The notes under the pieces were generated by a model that made no database searches, had not been told where the DNA came from, and worked only from the letters and a program-made list of their open reading frames with translations. Shown here in pieces: positions 1-14,015 of a stretch of 64,000 nt of DNA. This DNA comes from Eledone cirrhosa (lineage: Eukaryota), in the NCBI GenBank assembly GCA_964016885.1, contig OZ024742.1, positions 5,828,001-5,892,000 of the forward strand, given 5' to 3'. Within the stretch, counting starts at the first letter, position 1; every line of letters starts with the position of its first letter. The position numbers were made by a program, and so were the translations under genes.

Positions 1-3000
1 TTAGATCTGGAGGGGCAGAACAGTCTGGCACAACTACCATACCATATATTTAGATTTGGAGGTGGGAGTACAGCCTGGCACAACTACCATACTATATATT
101 TAGATCTGGAGGTGGGAGTACAGCCTGGCACAACTACCATACTATATATTTAGATCTGGAGGTGGGAGTACAGCCTGGCACAACTACCATACTATATATT
201 TAGATTTGGAGGTGGGAGTACAGCCTTGCACAACTACCATACTATATATTTAGATCGGGAGGGGCAGAACAGCATAACACAACTACCATACTAAATATTT
301 AGATCTGGAGGTGGCAGTACAGCCTGGCACAACTACCATCCTATATATTTAGATCTGGAGGTGGAAGAAGAGCCTGGCACAACTACCATACTAAATATTT
401 AGATCGGGAGGGGCAGAACAGCATAACACAACTACCAAACTATATATTTAGATCCGGAGGTGGAGGTACAGCCTTGCACAACTACCATAATATATATTTA
501 AATCTGGAAGGGCAGAATAGCTTGGCACAACTACCATACTATATATTTAGATCTGGAGTTGGGAGTACAGCCTGGCACAACTACCATACTATATATTTAG
601 ATCTGGAGGTAGAAGAAGAGCCTGGCACAACTACCATACTATATATTTAGATCTGGAGGTGTAACTACAGACTGGCACAACTACCATACTATATATTTAG
701 ATCTAGAGGTGGAAGAAGAGCCTGGCAGAAATACCATACTATATATTTAGATCTGGAGGGGCAGAACAGCCTGGCACAACTACCATACGATATATTTAGA
801 TCTGGAGGGGCAGAAGAGCCTGGCACAACTACCATACTATATATTTAGATCTGGAGGGGAAGAACAGCCTGGTACAACTACCATACTATATATTTAGATC
901 TGGAGGGGCAGAACAGCCTGGCACAACTACCATACTATATATTTAGATCTAGAGGGGCAGCACAGCCTGGCATAACTACCATACTATATATTTAAATCTG
1001 GAGGGGCATAACAGCCTGACACAACTACCATACTATATATTTAGATCTGGACGGGCAGAACAACCTGGAACAACTACCATACTATATATTTAGATCTGGA
1101 GAGGCAGAACAGTCTGGCACAACTACCATACTATATATTTAGTTCTGGAGGGGCTGAACAGCATGGCACAACTACCATAATATATATTTAGATCTGGAGG
1201 GGCAGAAGATTCTGGCACAATTACCATAATATATATTTAAATCTGGAGGGGCAGAACAGCTTGGCACAACTACCATACTATATATTTAGATCTGGAGGTA
1301 GAAGAAGAGCCTGGCACAACTACCATACTATATATTTAGATCTGGAGGTGTAACTACAGACTGGCACAACTACCATACTATATATTTAGATCTAGAGGTG
1401 GAAGAACAGCCTGGCACAAATACCATACTATATATTTAGATCTGGAGGGGCAGAACAGCCTGGCACAACTACCATACGATATATTTAGTTCTGGAGGGGC
1501 AGAAGAGCCTGGCACAACTACCATACTATATATTTAGATCTGGAGCGGCAGAACAACCTGGCACAACTAGAATATATATATTTAGATCTGGAGGGACAGA
1601 ACAGCCTGGCACAACTACCATACTATATATTTAGATCTAGAGGGGCAGAACAGGCTAGCATAACTACCATAATATATATTTATATCTGGAGGGGCAGAAC
1701 AGCTTGGCACAACTACCATAATATATATTTAGATCTGGAAGGGCAGAACAGCCTGGAACAACTACCATACTATATATTTAGATCTGGAGGGGCAGAACAG
1801 CCTGGCACAACTACCATACTATATATTTAGATCGGGAGGGGCAGAACAGCATAACACAAATACCATACTAAATATTTATATCTGGAGGTGGGAGTAAAGC
1901 CTGGCACTACTACCAAACTATATATTTAGATCGGGAGGTAGATGAAGAGCCTGGCACAACTACCATACTATATATTTAGATCTGGAGGTGTAACTAAAGA
2001 CTGGCACAACTACCATACTATATATTTAGATCTAGAGGGGCAGAACAGCCTGGCACAACTACCATACAATATATTTAGATCTGGAGGGGCAGAAGAGCCT
2101 GGCACAACTACCATACTATATATTTAGATCTGGAGGGGCAGAACAAACTGGCACAACTACCATACTATATATTTAGATCTGGAGGGGCAGAACAGCTTGG
2201 CACGACTACCATCCTATATATTTAGATCTGGAGGGGCTGAACAGCATGGCACAACTACCATAATATATATTTACATATGTAGGGGCAGAAGAGCCTGGCA
2301 CAACTACCATACTATATATTTAGATCTGGAGGGGTAGAACAGCTTGGCACAATTACCATACTATATATTTAGATCTGGAGGGGCAGAACAGCTTGGCACA
2401 ACTACCATACTATATATTTCGATCTGGAGGTGGGAGTACAGCCTGGCACAACTACCATACTATATATTTTGATCTGGAGGTGGGAGTACAGCCTGGCACA
2501 ACTACCATACTATATATTTAGATCTGGAGGTCGGAGTACTGCCTGGCACAACTACCATACTATATATTTAGATCGGGAGAGGCAGAACAGCATAACACAA
2601 CTACCATACTAAATATTTAGATCTGGAGGTGGGAGTAAAGCCTGGCACAACTACCATACTATATATTTAGATCTGCAGGTATAACTACAGACGGGCACAA
2701 CTACCATACTATATATTTAGATCTGGAGGTGCTGAACAGCAAGGCACAACTATCATAATATATATTTAGATATGTAGGGGCAGAAGAGCCTGGCACAACT
2801 ACCATACTATATATTTCGATCTGGAGGTGGGAGTACAGCCTGGCACAACTACCATACTATATATTTAGATCTGGAGTTGGGAGTACAGCCTGGCACAACT
2901 ACCATACTATATATTTAGATCTGGAGGTGGGAGTACTGCCTGGCACAACTACCATACTATATATTTAGATCGGGAGGGGCAGAACAGCATAACACAACTA

Positions 3001-3753
3001 CCATACTAAATATTTAGATCAGGAGGTGGGAGTAAAGCCTGGCACAACTACCATACTATATATTTAGATCTGGAGGTATAACTACAGACGGGCACAACTA
3101 CCATACTATATATTTAGATCTGGAGGGACTGAACAGCAAGGCACAACTATCATAATATATGTTTAGATATGTAGGGCCAGAAGAGCCTGGCACAACTACC
3201 ATACTATATATTTAGATCTGGAGGGGTAGAACAGCTTGGCACAATTACCATACTATATATTTAGATCTGGAGGGGCAGAACAGTCTGGTACAACTACCAT
3301 ACTATATATTTAGATCTGGAGGGGCAGAAGAGCCTGGCACAACTACCATACTATATATTTAAATCTGGAAGGGAAGAACAGCTTGGCACAACTACCATAC
3401 TATATATTTAGATCTGGATGTGCGAGTACAGCCTGGCACAACTACCATACTATATATTTAGATCTGGAGGTGGGAGTACAGCCTGGCACAACTACCATAC
3501 TATATATTTAGATCTGGATGTGGGAGTACAGCCTGGCACAACTACAATACTATATATTTAGATCTGGAGGTGGAAGAAGAGCCTGGCACAACTACCATAC
3601 TATATATTTAGATCTGGAGGGGAAGAACAACCTGGCACAACTACTATAATATACATTTAGATCTGGAGGGGTAGAACAGCTTCGCATAATTACCATACTA
3701 TATATTTGGAACTGGAGGGGCAGAACAGTCTGGCACAACTACTATACTATATA

Positions 3754-3823
3754 TTTAGATCTGGAGGGGCAGATTAGCATGGCACAACTTCCATACTTAT
3801 ATCAGCATGGCACAACTACCATA
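3754..3823 (+). repeat. Aberrant 70-bp monomer with an internal 20-bp duplication (first of 14 copies)
   Basis: Sequence reads AGCATGGCACAACTTCCATA-CTTATATC-AGCATGGCACAACTACCATA-TTTAGATCTGTAGG. CTTATATC is found at 3796, 7077, 9464, 11114, 12611, 15046, 17432, 19769, 21266, 23702, 25352, 26849, 29284 and 33448. Confidence 0.93.
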
Positions 3824-6800
3824 TTTAGATCTGTAGGGGCAGAAGAGCCTGGCACAACTACCATACTATATATTTAGATCTGGAGGATTAGAACAGCTTG
3901 GCACAATTACCATACTATATATTTAGATCTGGAGGGGCAGAACAACCTGGCACAACTACCATACTATACATTTAGATCTGGAGGGGTAGAACAGCTTGGC
4001 ATAACTAGCATACTCTATATTTAGATCTGGAGGGGCAGAACAGTCTGGCACAACTACTGTACTATATATTTAGATCTGTAGGGGCAGAACAGCATGGGAC
4101 AACTACCATACTATATATTTAAATCTGGAGGGGCAGAATAACCTGGCACAAATACCATACTATATATTTAGATCCGGAGGTGGGAGTACAGTCTGGCACA
4201 ACTACCATACTATATATTTAGATGTGGAGGTGGAAGAAGAGCCTGGCACTACTACCATACTATATATTTAGATCTGGAGGGGCAGAACAGCCTGGCATAA
4301 CTACCATACTATATATTTAGATCTGGAGGGGCAGAACAGTCTGGCACAACTACTATACTATATATTTAGATCTGGAGGGGCAGAACAGCATGGCACAACT
4401 ACCATCCTATATATTTACATCTGGAGGGGCAGAATAACCTGGCACAAATACCATACTATATATTTAGATCTGGAGGTGGGAGTACAGCCTGGCACAAGTA
4501 CCATACTATATATTTAGATCTGAAAGGGGCAGAACAGCCTGGCATAACTACCATACTATATATTTAGATCTGGAGGGGCAGAACAGTCTGGCACAACTAC
4601 TACAGTATATATTTAGATCTGGAGGGGCAGAACAGCATGGCACAACTACCATCCTATATATTTACATCTGGAGGGGCAGAATAACCTGGCACAAATACCA
4701 TACTATATATTTAGATCTGGAGGTGGGAGTACAGCCTGGCACAAGTACCATACTATATATTTAGATCTGAAAGGGGCAGAACAGCCTGGCATAACTACCA
4801 TACTATATATTTAGATCTGGAGGGGCAGAACAGCCTGGCACAACTACCATACTATATATTTACATCTGGAGGGGCAGAACAACCTGGCACAACTACCATA
4901 CTATACATTTAGATCTGGAGCGGTAGAACAGCTTGGCATAACTACCATACTATATATTTAAATCTGGAGGGGCAGAATTGTCTGGCACAACTACCATACC
5001 ATATATTTAGATCTGGAGGTGGAAGAAGAGCCTGGCACAACTACCATACTATATATTTAGATCTGGAAGGGAAGAACAGCCTGGCACAACTACCATAATA
5101 TATATTTATATCTGGAGGCGTAGAACAACCTGGCACAATTACCATACTATATATTTAGATCTGGAGGGGAAGAACAGCCTGGCACAAGTACCATACTAAA
5201 TATTTAGATTTGAAAGGGGCAGAACAGCCTGGCATAACTACCATACTATATATTTAGATCTGGAGGGGCAGTACAGCCTGGCACTACATATATACTACAT
5301 ACTACATATTTATATCTGGAGGTGGAAGAAGAGCCTGGCACAACTACCCTACTATATATTTACATCTGGAGGGGCAGAACAGCCTGGCACAACTACCATA
5401 CTATATATTTAGATCTGGAGGGGCAGAACAGCATAACACATCTACCATACTATATATTTAGATCTGGAGGGGAAGAACAGCCTGGCATAACTACCATACT
5501 ATATATTTAGATTTGAAAGGGGCAGAACAGCCTGGCATAACTACCATACTATATATTTAGATCTGTAGGGGCTGAACAGCTTGGCACAACTACCATACTA
5601 TATATTTAGATCTGGAGGGGCAGAACAACCTGGCACAACTACCATACTATACATTTAGATCTGGAGGGTTAGAACAGCTTGGCATAACTACCATACTATA
5701 TATTTAGATCTGGAGGGGCAGAACAGTCTGGCACAACTACTATACTATATATTTAGATCTGGAGGGGCAGAAGAGCATGGCACAACTACAATACTATATA
5801 TTTAAATCTGGAGGGGCAGAATAACCTGGCACAAATACCATACTATATATTTAGATCTGGAGGTGGGAGTACAGAATGGCACAAGTACCATACTATATAT
5901 TTAGATCTGAAAGGGGCAGAACAGCCTGGCATAACTACCATACTATATATTTAGATCTGGAGGGGCAAAAATAGCTTGGCACAACTACCATACTATATAT
6001 TTACATCTGGAGGTGGGAGTACAGCCAGGCACAACTACCATACTATATATTTAGATGTGGAGGTGGAAGAAGAGCCTGGCACTACTACCATACTATATAT
6101 TTAGATCTGGAGGGGCAGAACATCCTGGCACAAGTACCATACTATATATTTAGATTTGAAAGGGGCAGAACAGCCTGGCATAACTACCATACTATATATT
6201 TAGATCTGGAGGGGCAGAACAGTCTGGCACAACTACTATACTATATATTTAGATCTGGAGGGGCAGAACAGCCTGGCATAACTACCATACTATATATTTA
6301 GAACTGGAGGGGCAGAACAGCTTGGCACAACTACCATACTATATATTTAGATCTGGAGGGGCAGAACAACCTGGCACAACTACCATACTATACATTTAGA
6401 TCTGGAGGGGTCGAACAGCTTGGAATAACTATCATACTATATATTTAGATCTGGAGGGGCAGAACAGTCTGGCACAACTACTACAGTATATATTTAGATC
6501 TGGAGGTGCAGAACAGCATGGCACAACTACCATACTATATATTTAAATCTGGAGGGGCAGAATAACCTGGCACAAATACCATACTATATATTTTGATCTG
6601 GAGGTGGGAGTACAGCCTGGCACAAGTACCATACTATATATTTAGATCTGAAAGGGGCAGAACAGCCTGGCATAACTACCATACTATATATTTAGTTCTG
6701 GAGGGGCATAACAACCTGGCACAACTACCATACTATACATTTAGATCTGGAGGGGTAGAACAGCTTGGCATAACTACCATACTATATATTTAAATCTGGA

Positions 6801-8481
6801 GGGGCAGAATTGTCTGGCACAACTACCATACCATATATTTAGATCTGGAGGTGGAAGAAGAGCCTGGCACAACTACCATACTATATATTTAGATCTGGAG
6901 GGGAAGAACAGCCTGGCACAACTACCATAATATATATTTACATCTGGAGGGGCAGAACAGCCTGGCATAACTACCATACTATATATTTAGATCTGGAGGG
7001 GAAGAACAGTCTGGCACAACTACTATACTATATATTTAGATCTGGAGGGGCAGATTAGCATGGCACAACTACCATACTTATATCAGCATGGCACAACTAC
7101 CATATTTAGATCTGTAGGGGCAGAAGAGCCTGGCACAACTACCATACTATATATTTAGATCTGGAGGATTAGAACAGCTTGGCACAATTACCATACTATA
7201 TATTTAGATCTGGAGGGGCAGAACAACCTGGCACAACTACCATACTATACATTTAGATCTGGAGGTGTAGAACAGCTTGGCATAACTAGCATACTCTATA
7301 TTTAGATCTGGAGGGGCAGAACAGTCTGGCACAACTACTGTACTATATATTTAGATCTGTAGGGGCAGAACAGCATGGGACAACTACCATACTATATATT
7401 TAAATCTGGAGGGGCAGAATAACCTGGCACAAATACCATACTATATATTTAGATCCGGAGGTGGGAGTACAGCCTGGCACAACTACCATACTATATATTT
7501 AGATGTGGAGGTGGAAGAAGAGCCTGGCACTACTACCATACTATATATTTAGATCTGGAGGGGCAGAACAGCCTGGCATAACTACCATACTATATATTTA
7601 GATCTGGAGGGGCAGAACAGTCTGGCACAACTACTATACTATATATTTAGATCTGGAGGGGCAGAACAGCCTGGCATAACTACCATACTATATATTTAGA
7701 TCTGGAGGGGCAGAACAGCTTGGCACAACTACCATACTATATATTTAGATCTGGAGGGGCAGAACAACCTGGCACAACTACCATACTATACATTTAGTTC
7801 TGGAGGGGTCGAACAGCTTGGAATAACTATCATACTATATATTTAGATCTGGAGGGGCAGAACAGTCTGGCACAACTACTACAGTATATATTTAGATCTG
7901 GAGGGGCAGAACAGCATGGCACAACTACCATCCTATATATTTAAATCTGGAGGGGCAGAATAACCTGGCACAAATACCATACTATATATTTAGATCTGGA
8001 GGTGGGAGTACAGCCTGGCACAAGTACCATACTATATATTTCGATCTGAAAGGGGCAGAACAGCCTGGCATAACTACCATACTATATATTTAGATCTGGA
8101 GGGGCAGAACAGCTTGGCATAACTACCATACTATATATTTACATCTGGAGGGGCAGAACAACCTGGCACAACTACCATACTATACATTTAGATCTGGAGC
8201 GGTAGAACAGCTTGGCATAACTACCATACTATATATTTAAATCTGGAGGGGCAGAATTGTCTGGCACAACTACCATACCATATATTTAGATCTGGAGGTG
8301 GAAGAAGAGCCTGGCACAACTACCATACTATATATTTAGATCTGGAAGGGAAGAACAGCCTGGCACAACTACCATAATATATATTTATATCTGGAGGCGT
8401 AGAACAACCTGGCACAATTACCATACTATATATTTAGATCTGGAGGGGAAGAACAGCCAGGCACAAGTACCATACTATATA

Positions 8482-11400
8482 TTTAGATTTGAAAGGGGCA
8501 GAACAGCCTGGCATAACTACCATACTATATATTTAGATCTGGAGGGGCAGTACAGCCTGGCACAAATACCATACTACATATTTATATCTGGAGGTGGAAG
8601 AAGAGCCTGGCACAACTACCCTACTATATATTTACATCTGGAGGGGCAGAACAGCCTGGCACAACTACCATACTATATATTTAGATCTGGAGGGGCAGAA
8701 CAGCATAACACATCTACCATACTATATATTTAGATCTGGAGGGGAAGAACAGCCTGGCATAACTACCATACTATATATTTAGATTTGAAAGGGGCAGAAC
8801 AGCCTGGCATAACTACCATACTATATATTTAGATCTGTAGGGGCTGAACAGCTTGGCACAACTACCATACTATACATTTAGATCTGGAGGGTTAGAACAG
8901 CTTGGCATAACTACCATACTATATATTTAGATCTGGAGGGGCAGAACAGTCTGGCACAACTACTATACTATATATTTATATCTGGAGGGGCAGAAGAGCA
9001 TGGCACAACTACAATACTATATATTTAAATCTGGAGGGGCAGAATAACCTGGCACAAATACCATACTATATATTTAGATCTGGAGATGGGAGTACAGAAT
9101 GGCACAAGTACCATACTATATATTTAGATCTGAAAGGGGCAGAACAGCCTGGCATAACTACCATACTATATATTTAGATCTGGAGGGGCAAAAATAGCTT
9201 GGCACAACTACCATACTATATATTTACATCTGGAGGTGGGAGTACAGCCAGGCACAACTACCATACTATATATTTAGATCTGGAGATGGGAGTACAGCCT
9301 GGCACAAATACCATACTATATATTTATATCTGGAGGTCGAAGAAGAGCCTGGCACAACTACCCTACTATATATTTACATTTGGAGGGGCAGAACAGCCTG
9401 GCACAACTACCATACTATATATTTAGATCTGGAGGGGCAGAACAGCATAACACATCTACAATACTTATATCTGCATGGCACAACTACCATATTTAGATCT
9501 GTAGGGGCAGAAGAGCCTGGCATAACTACCATACTATATATTTAGATCTGGAGGGGCAGAACAGTCTGGCACAACTACTATACTATATATTTAGATCTGG
9601 AAGGGCAGAAGAGCATGGCACAACTACAATACTATATATTTAAATCTGGAGGGGCAGAACATCCTGGCACAACTACCATACTATACATTTAGATCTGGAG
9701 GGGTAGAACAGCTTGGCATAACTAGCATACTCTATATTTAGATCTGGAGGGGCAGAACAGTCTGGCACAACTACTGTACTATATATTTAGATCTGTAGGG
9801 GCAGAACAGCATGGGACAACTACCATACTATATATTTAAATCTGGAGGGGCAGAATAACCTGGCACAAATACCATACTATATATTTAGATCCGGAGGTGG
9901 GAGTACAGCCTGGCACAACTACCATACTATATATTTAGATGTGGAGGTGGAAGAAGAGCCTGGCACTACTACCATACTATATATTTAGATCTGGAGGGGC
10001 AGAACATCCTGGCACAAGTACCATACTATATATTTAGATTTGAAAGGGGCAGAACAGCCTGGCACAAGTACCATACTATATATTTAGATTTGAAAGGGGC
10101 AGAACAGCCTGGCATAACTACCATACTATATATTTAGATCTGGAGGGGCAGTACAGCCTGGCACAAATACCATACTACATATTTATATCTGGAGGTGGAA
10201 GAAGAGCCTGGCACAACTACCCTACTATATATTTACATCTGGAGGGGCAGAACAGCCTGGCACAACTACCATACTATATATTTAGATCTGGAGGGGCAGA
10301 ACAGCATAACACATCTACCATACTATATATTTAGATCTGGAGGGGAAGAACAGCCTGGCATAACTACCATACTATATATTTAGATTTGAAAGGGGCAGAA
10401 CAGCCTGGCATAACTACCATACTATATATTTAGATCTGTAGGGGCTGAACAGCTTGGCACAACTACCATACTATATATTTAGATCTGGAGGGGCAGAACA
10501 ACCTGGCACAACTACCATACTATACATTTAGATCTGGAGGGTTAGAACAGCTTGGCATAACTACCATACTATATATTTAGATCTGGAGGGGCAGAACAGT
10601 CTGGCACAACTACTATACTATATATTTAGATCTGGAGGGGCAGAAGAGCATGGCACAACTACAATACTATATATTTAAATCTGGAGGGGCAGAATAACCT
10701 GGCACAAATACCATACTATATATTTAGATCTGGAGTTGGGAGTACAGAATGGCACAAGTACCATACTATATATTTAGATCTGAAAGAGGCAGAACAGCCT
10801 GGCATAACTACCATACTATATATTTAGATCTGGAGGGGCAAAAATAGCTTGGCACAACTACCATACTATATATTTACATCTGGAGGTGGGAGTACAGCCA
10901 GGCACAACTACCATACTATATATTTAGATCTGGAGATGGGAGTACAGCCTGGCACAAATACCATACTATATATTTATATCTGGAGGTCGAAGAAGAGCCT
11001 GGCACAACTACCCTACTATATATTTACATTTGGAGGGGCAGAACAGCCTGGCACAACTACCATACTATATATTTAGATCTGGAGGGGCAGAACAGCATAA
11101 CACATCTACAATACTTATATCTGCATGGCACAACTACCATATTTAGATCTGTAGGGGCAGAAGAGCCTGGCATAACTACCATACTATATATTTAGATCTG
11201 GAGGGGCAGAACAGTCTGGCACAACTACTATACTATATATTTAGATCTGGAAGGGCAGAAGAGCATGGCACAACTACAATACTATATATTTAAATCTGGA
11301 GGGGCAGAACATCCTGGCACAACTACCATACTATACATTTAGATCTGGAGGGGTAGAACAGCTTGGCATAACTAGCATACTCTATATTTAGATCTGGAGG

Positions 11401-11732
11401 GGCAGAACAGTCTGGCACAACTACTGTACTATATATTTAGATCTGTAGGGGCAGAACAGCATGGGACAACTACCATACTATATATTTAAATCTGGAGGGG
11501 CAGAATAACCTGGCACAAATACCATACTATATATTTAGATCCGGAGGTGGGAGTACAGCCTGGCACAACTACCATACTATATATTTAGATGTGGAGGTGG
11601 AAGAAGAGCCTGGCACTACTACCATACTATATATTTAGATCTGGAGGGGCAGAACATCCTGGCACAAGTACCATACTATATATTTAGATTTGAAAGGGGC
11701 AGAACAGCCTGGCATAACTACCATACTATATA
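8482..11732 (+). repeat. Tandem duplication of the 1,650-bp block in copy A (first unit one monomer shorter, 1,601 bp)
   Basis: ORFs 8594/10195 (+1601) and 9199/10849 (+1650); CTTATATC marker at 9464/11114. The missing monomer is at ~8850-8880. Confidence 0.9.
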
Positions 11733-14015
11733 TTTAGATCTGGAGGGGCAGAACAGTCTGGCACAACTACTATACTATATATTTAGATCTGGAGGGGCAG
11801 AACAGCCTGGCATAACTACCATACTATATATTTAGAACTGGAGGGGCAGAACAGCTTGGCACAACTACCATACTATATATTTAGATCTGGAGGGGCAGAA
11901 ACACCTGGCACAACTACCATACTATACATTTAGATCTGGAGGGGTCGAACAGCTTGGAATAACTATCATACTTTATATTTAGATCTGGAGGGGCAGAACA
12001 GTCTGGCACAACTACTACAGTATATATTTAGATCTGGAGGTGCAGAACAGCATGGCACAACTACCATACTATATATTTAAATCTGGAGGGGCAGAATAAC
12101 CTGGCACAAATACCATACTATATATTTTGATCTGGAGGTGGGAGTACAGCCTGGCACAAGTAACATACTATATATTTAGATCTGAAAGGGGCAGAACAGC
12201 CTGGCATAACTACCATACTATATATTTAGATCTGGAGGGGCATAACAACCTGGCACAACTACCATACTATACATTTAGATCTGGAGGGGTAGAACAGCTT
12301 GGCATAACTACCATACTATATATTTAAATCTGGAGGGGCAGAATTGTCTGGCACAACTACCATACCATATATTTAGATCTGGAGGTGGAAGAAGAGCCTG
12401 GCACAACTACCATACTATATATTTAGATCTGGAGGGGAAGAACAGCCTGGCACAACTACCATAATATATATTTACATCTGGAGGGGCAGAACAGCCTGGC
12501 ATAACTACCATACTATATATTTAGATCTGGAGGGGAAGAACAGTCTGGCACAACTACTATACTATATATTTAGATCTGGAGGGGCAGATTAGCATGGCAC
12601 AACTACCATACTTATATCAGCATGGCACAACTACCATATTTAGATCTGTAGGGGCAGAAGAGCCTGGCACAACTACCATACTATATATTTAGATCTGGAG
12701 GATTAGAACAGCTTGGCACAATTACCATACTATATATTTAGATCTGGAGGGGCAGAACAACCTGGCACAACTACCATACTATACATTTAGATCTGGAGGT
12801 GTAGAACAGCTTGGCATAACTAGCATACTCTATATTTAGATCTGGAGGGGCAGAACAGTCTGGCACAACTACTGTACTATATATTTAGATCTGTAGGGGC
12901 AGAACAGCATGGGACAACTACCATACTATATATTTAAATCTGGAGGGGCAGAATAACCTGGCACAAATACCATACTATATATTTAGATCCGGAGGTGGGA
13001 GTACAGCCTGGCACAACTACCATACTATATATTTAGATGTGGAGGTGGAAGAAGAGCCTGGCACTACTACCATACTATATATTTAGATCTGGAGGGGCAG
13101 AACAGCCTGGCATAACTACCATACTATATATTTAGATCTGGAGGGGCAGAACAGTCTGGCACAACTACTATACTATATATTTAGATCTGGAGGGGCAGAA
13201 CAGCCTGGCATAACTACCATACTATATATTTAGATCTGGAGGGGCAGAACAGCTTGGCACAACTACCATACTATATATTTAGATCTGGAGGGGCAGAACA
13301 ACCTGGCACAACTACCATACTATACATTTAGTTCTGGAGGGGTCGAACAGCTTGGAATAACTATCATACTATATATTTAGATCTGGAGGGGCAGAACTGT
13401 CTGGCACAACTACTACAGTATATATTTAGATCTGGAGGGGCAGAACAGCATGGCACAACTACCATCCTATATATTTAAATCTGGAGGGGCAGAATAACCT
13501 GGCACAAATACCATACTATATATTTAGATCTGGAGGTGGGAGTACAGCCTGGCACAAGTACCATACTATATATTTCGATCTGAAAGGGGCAGAACAGCCT
13601 GGCATAACTACCATACTATATATTTAGATCTGGAGGGGCAGAACAGCTTGGCACAACTACCATACTATATATTTACATCTGGAGGGGCAGAACAACCTGG
13701 CACAACTACCATACTATACATTTAGATCTGGAGCGGTAGAACAGCTTGGCATAACTACCATACTATATATTTAAATCTGGAGGGGCAGAATTGTCTGGCA
13801 CAACTACCATACCATATATTTAGATCTGGAGGTGGAAGAAGAGCCTGGCACAACTACCATACTATATATTTAGATCTGGAAGGGAAGAACAGCCTGGCAC
13901 AACTACCATAATATATATTTATATCTGGAGGCGTAGAACAACCTGGCACAATTACCATACTATATATTTAGATCTGGAGGGGAAGAACAGCCTGGCACAA
14001 GTACCATACTATATA
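10083..14015 (+). repeat. One complete unit of a ~3,933-bp HOR (~80 monomers)
   Basis: The TTTAGATTTGAAAGG monomer occurs at 10083 and 14016. ORF offsets 10195->14128 and 24433->28366 are 3933; 12127->16059 and 26365->30297 are 3932. Deleted versions: 5322->8594 = 3933-661 and 18949->22783 = 3933-99. Confidence 0.9.
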
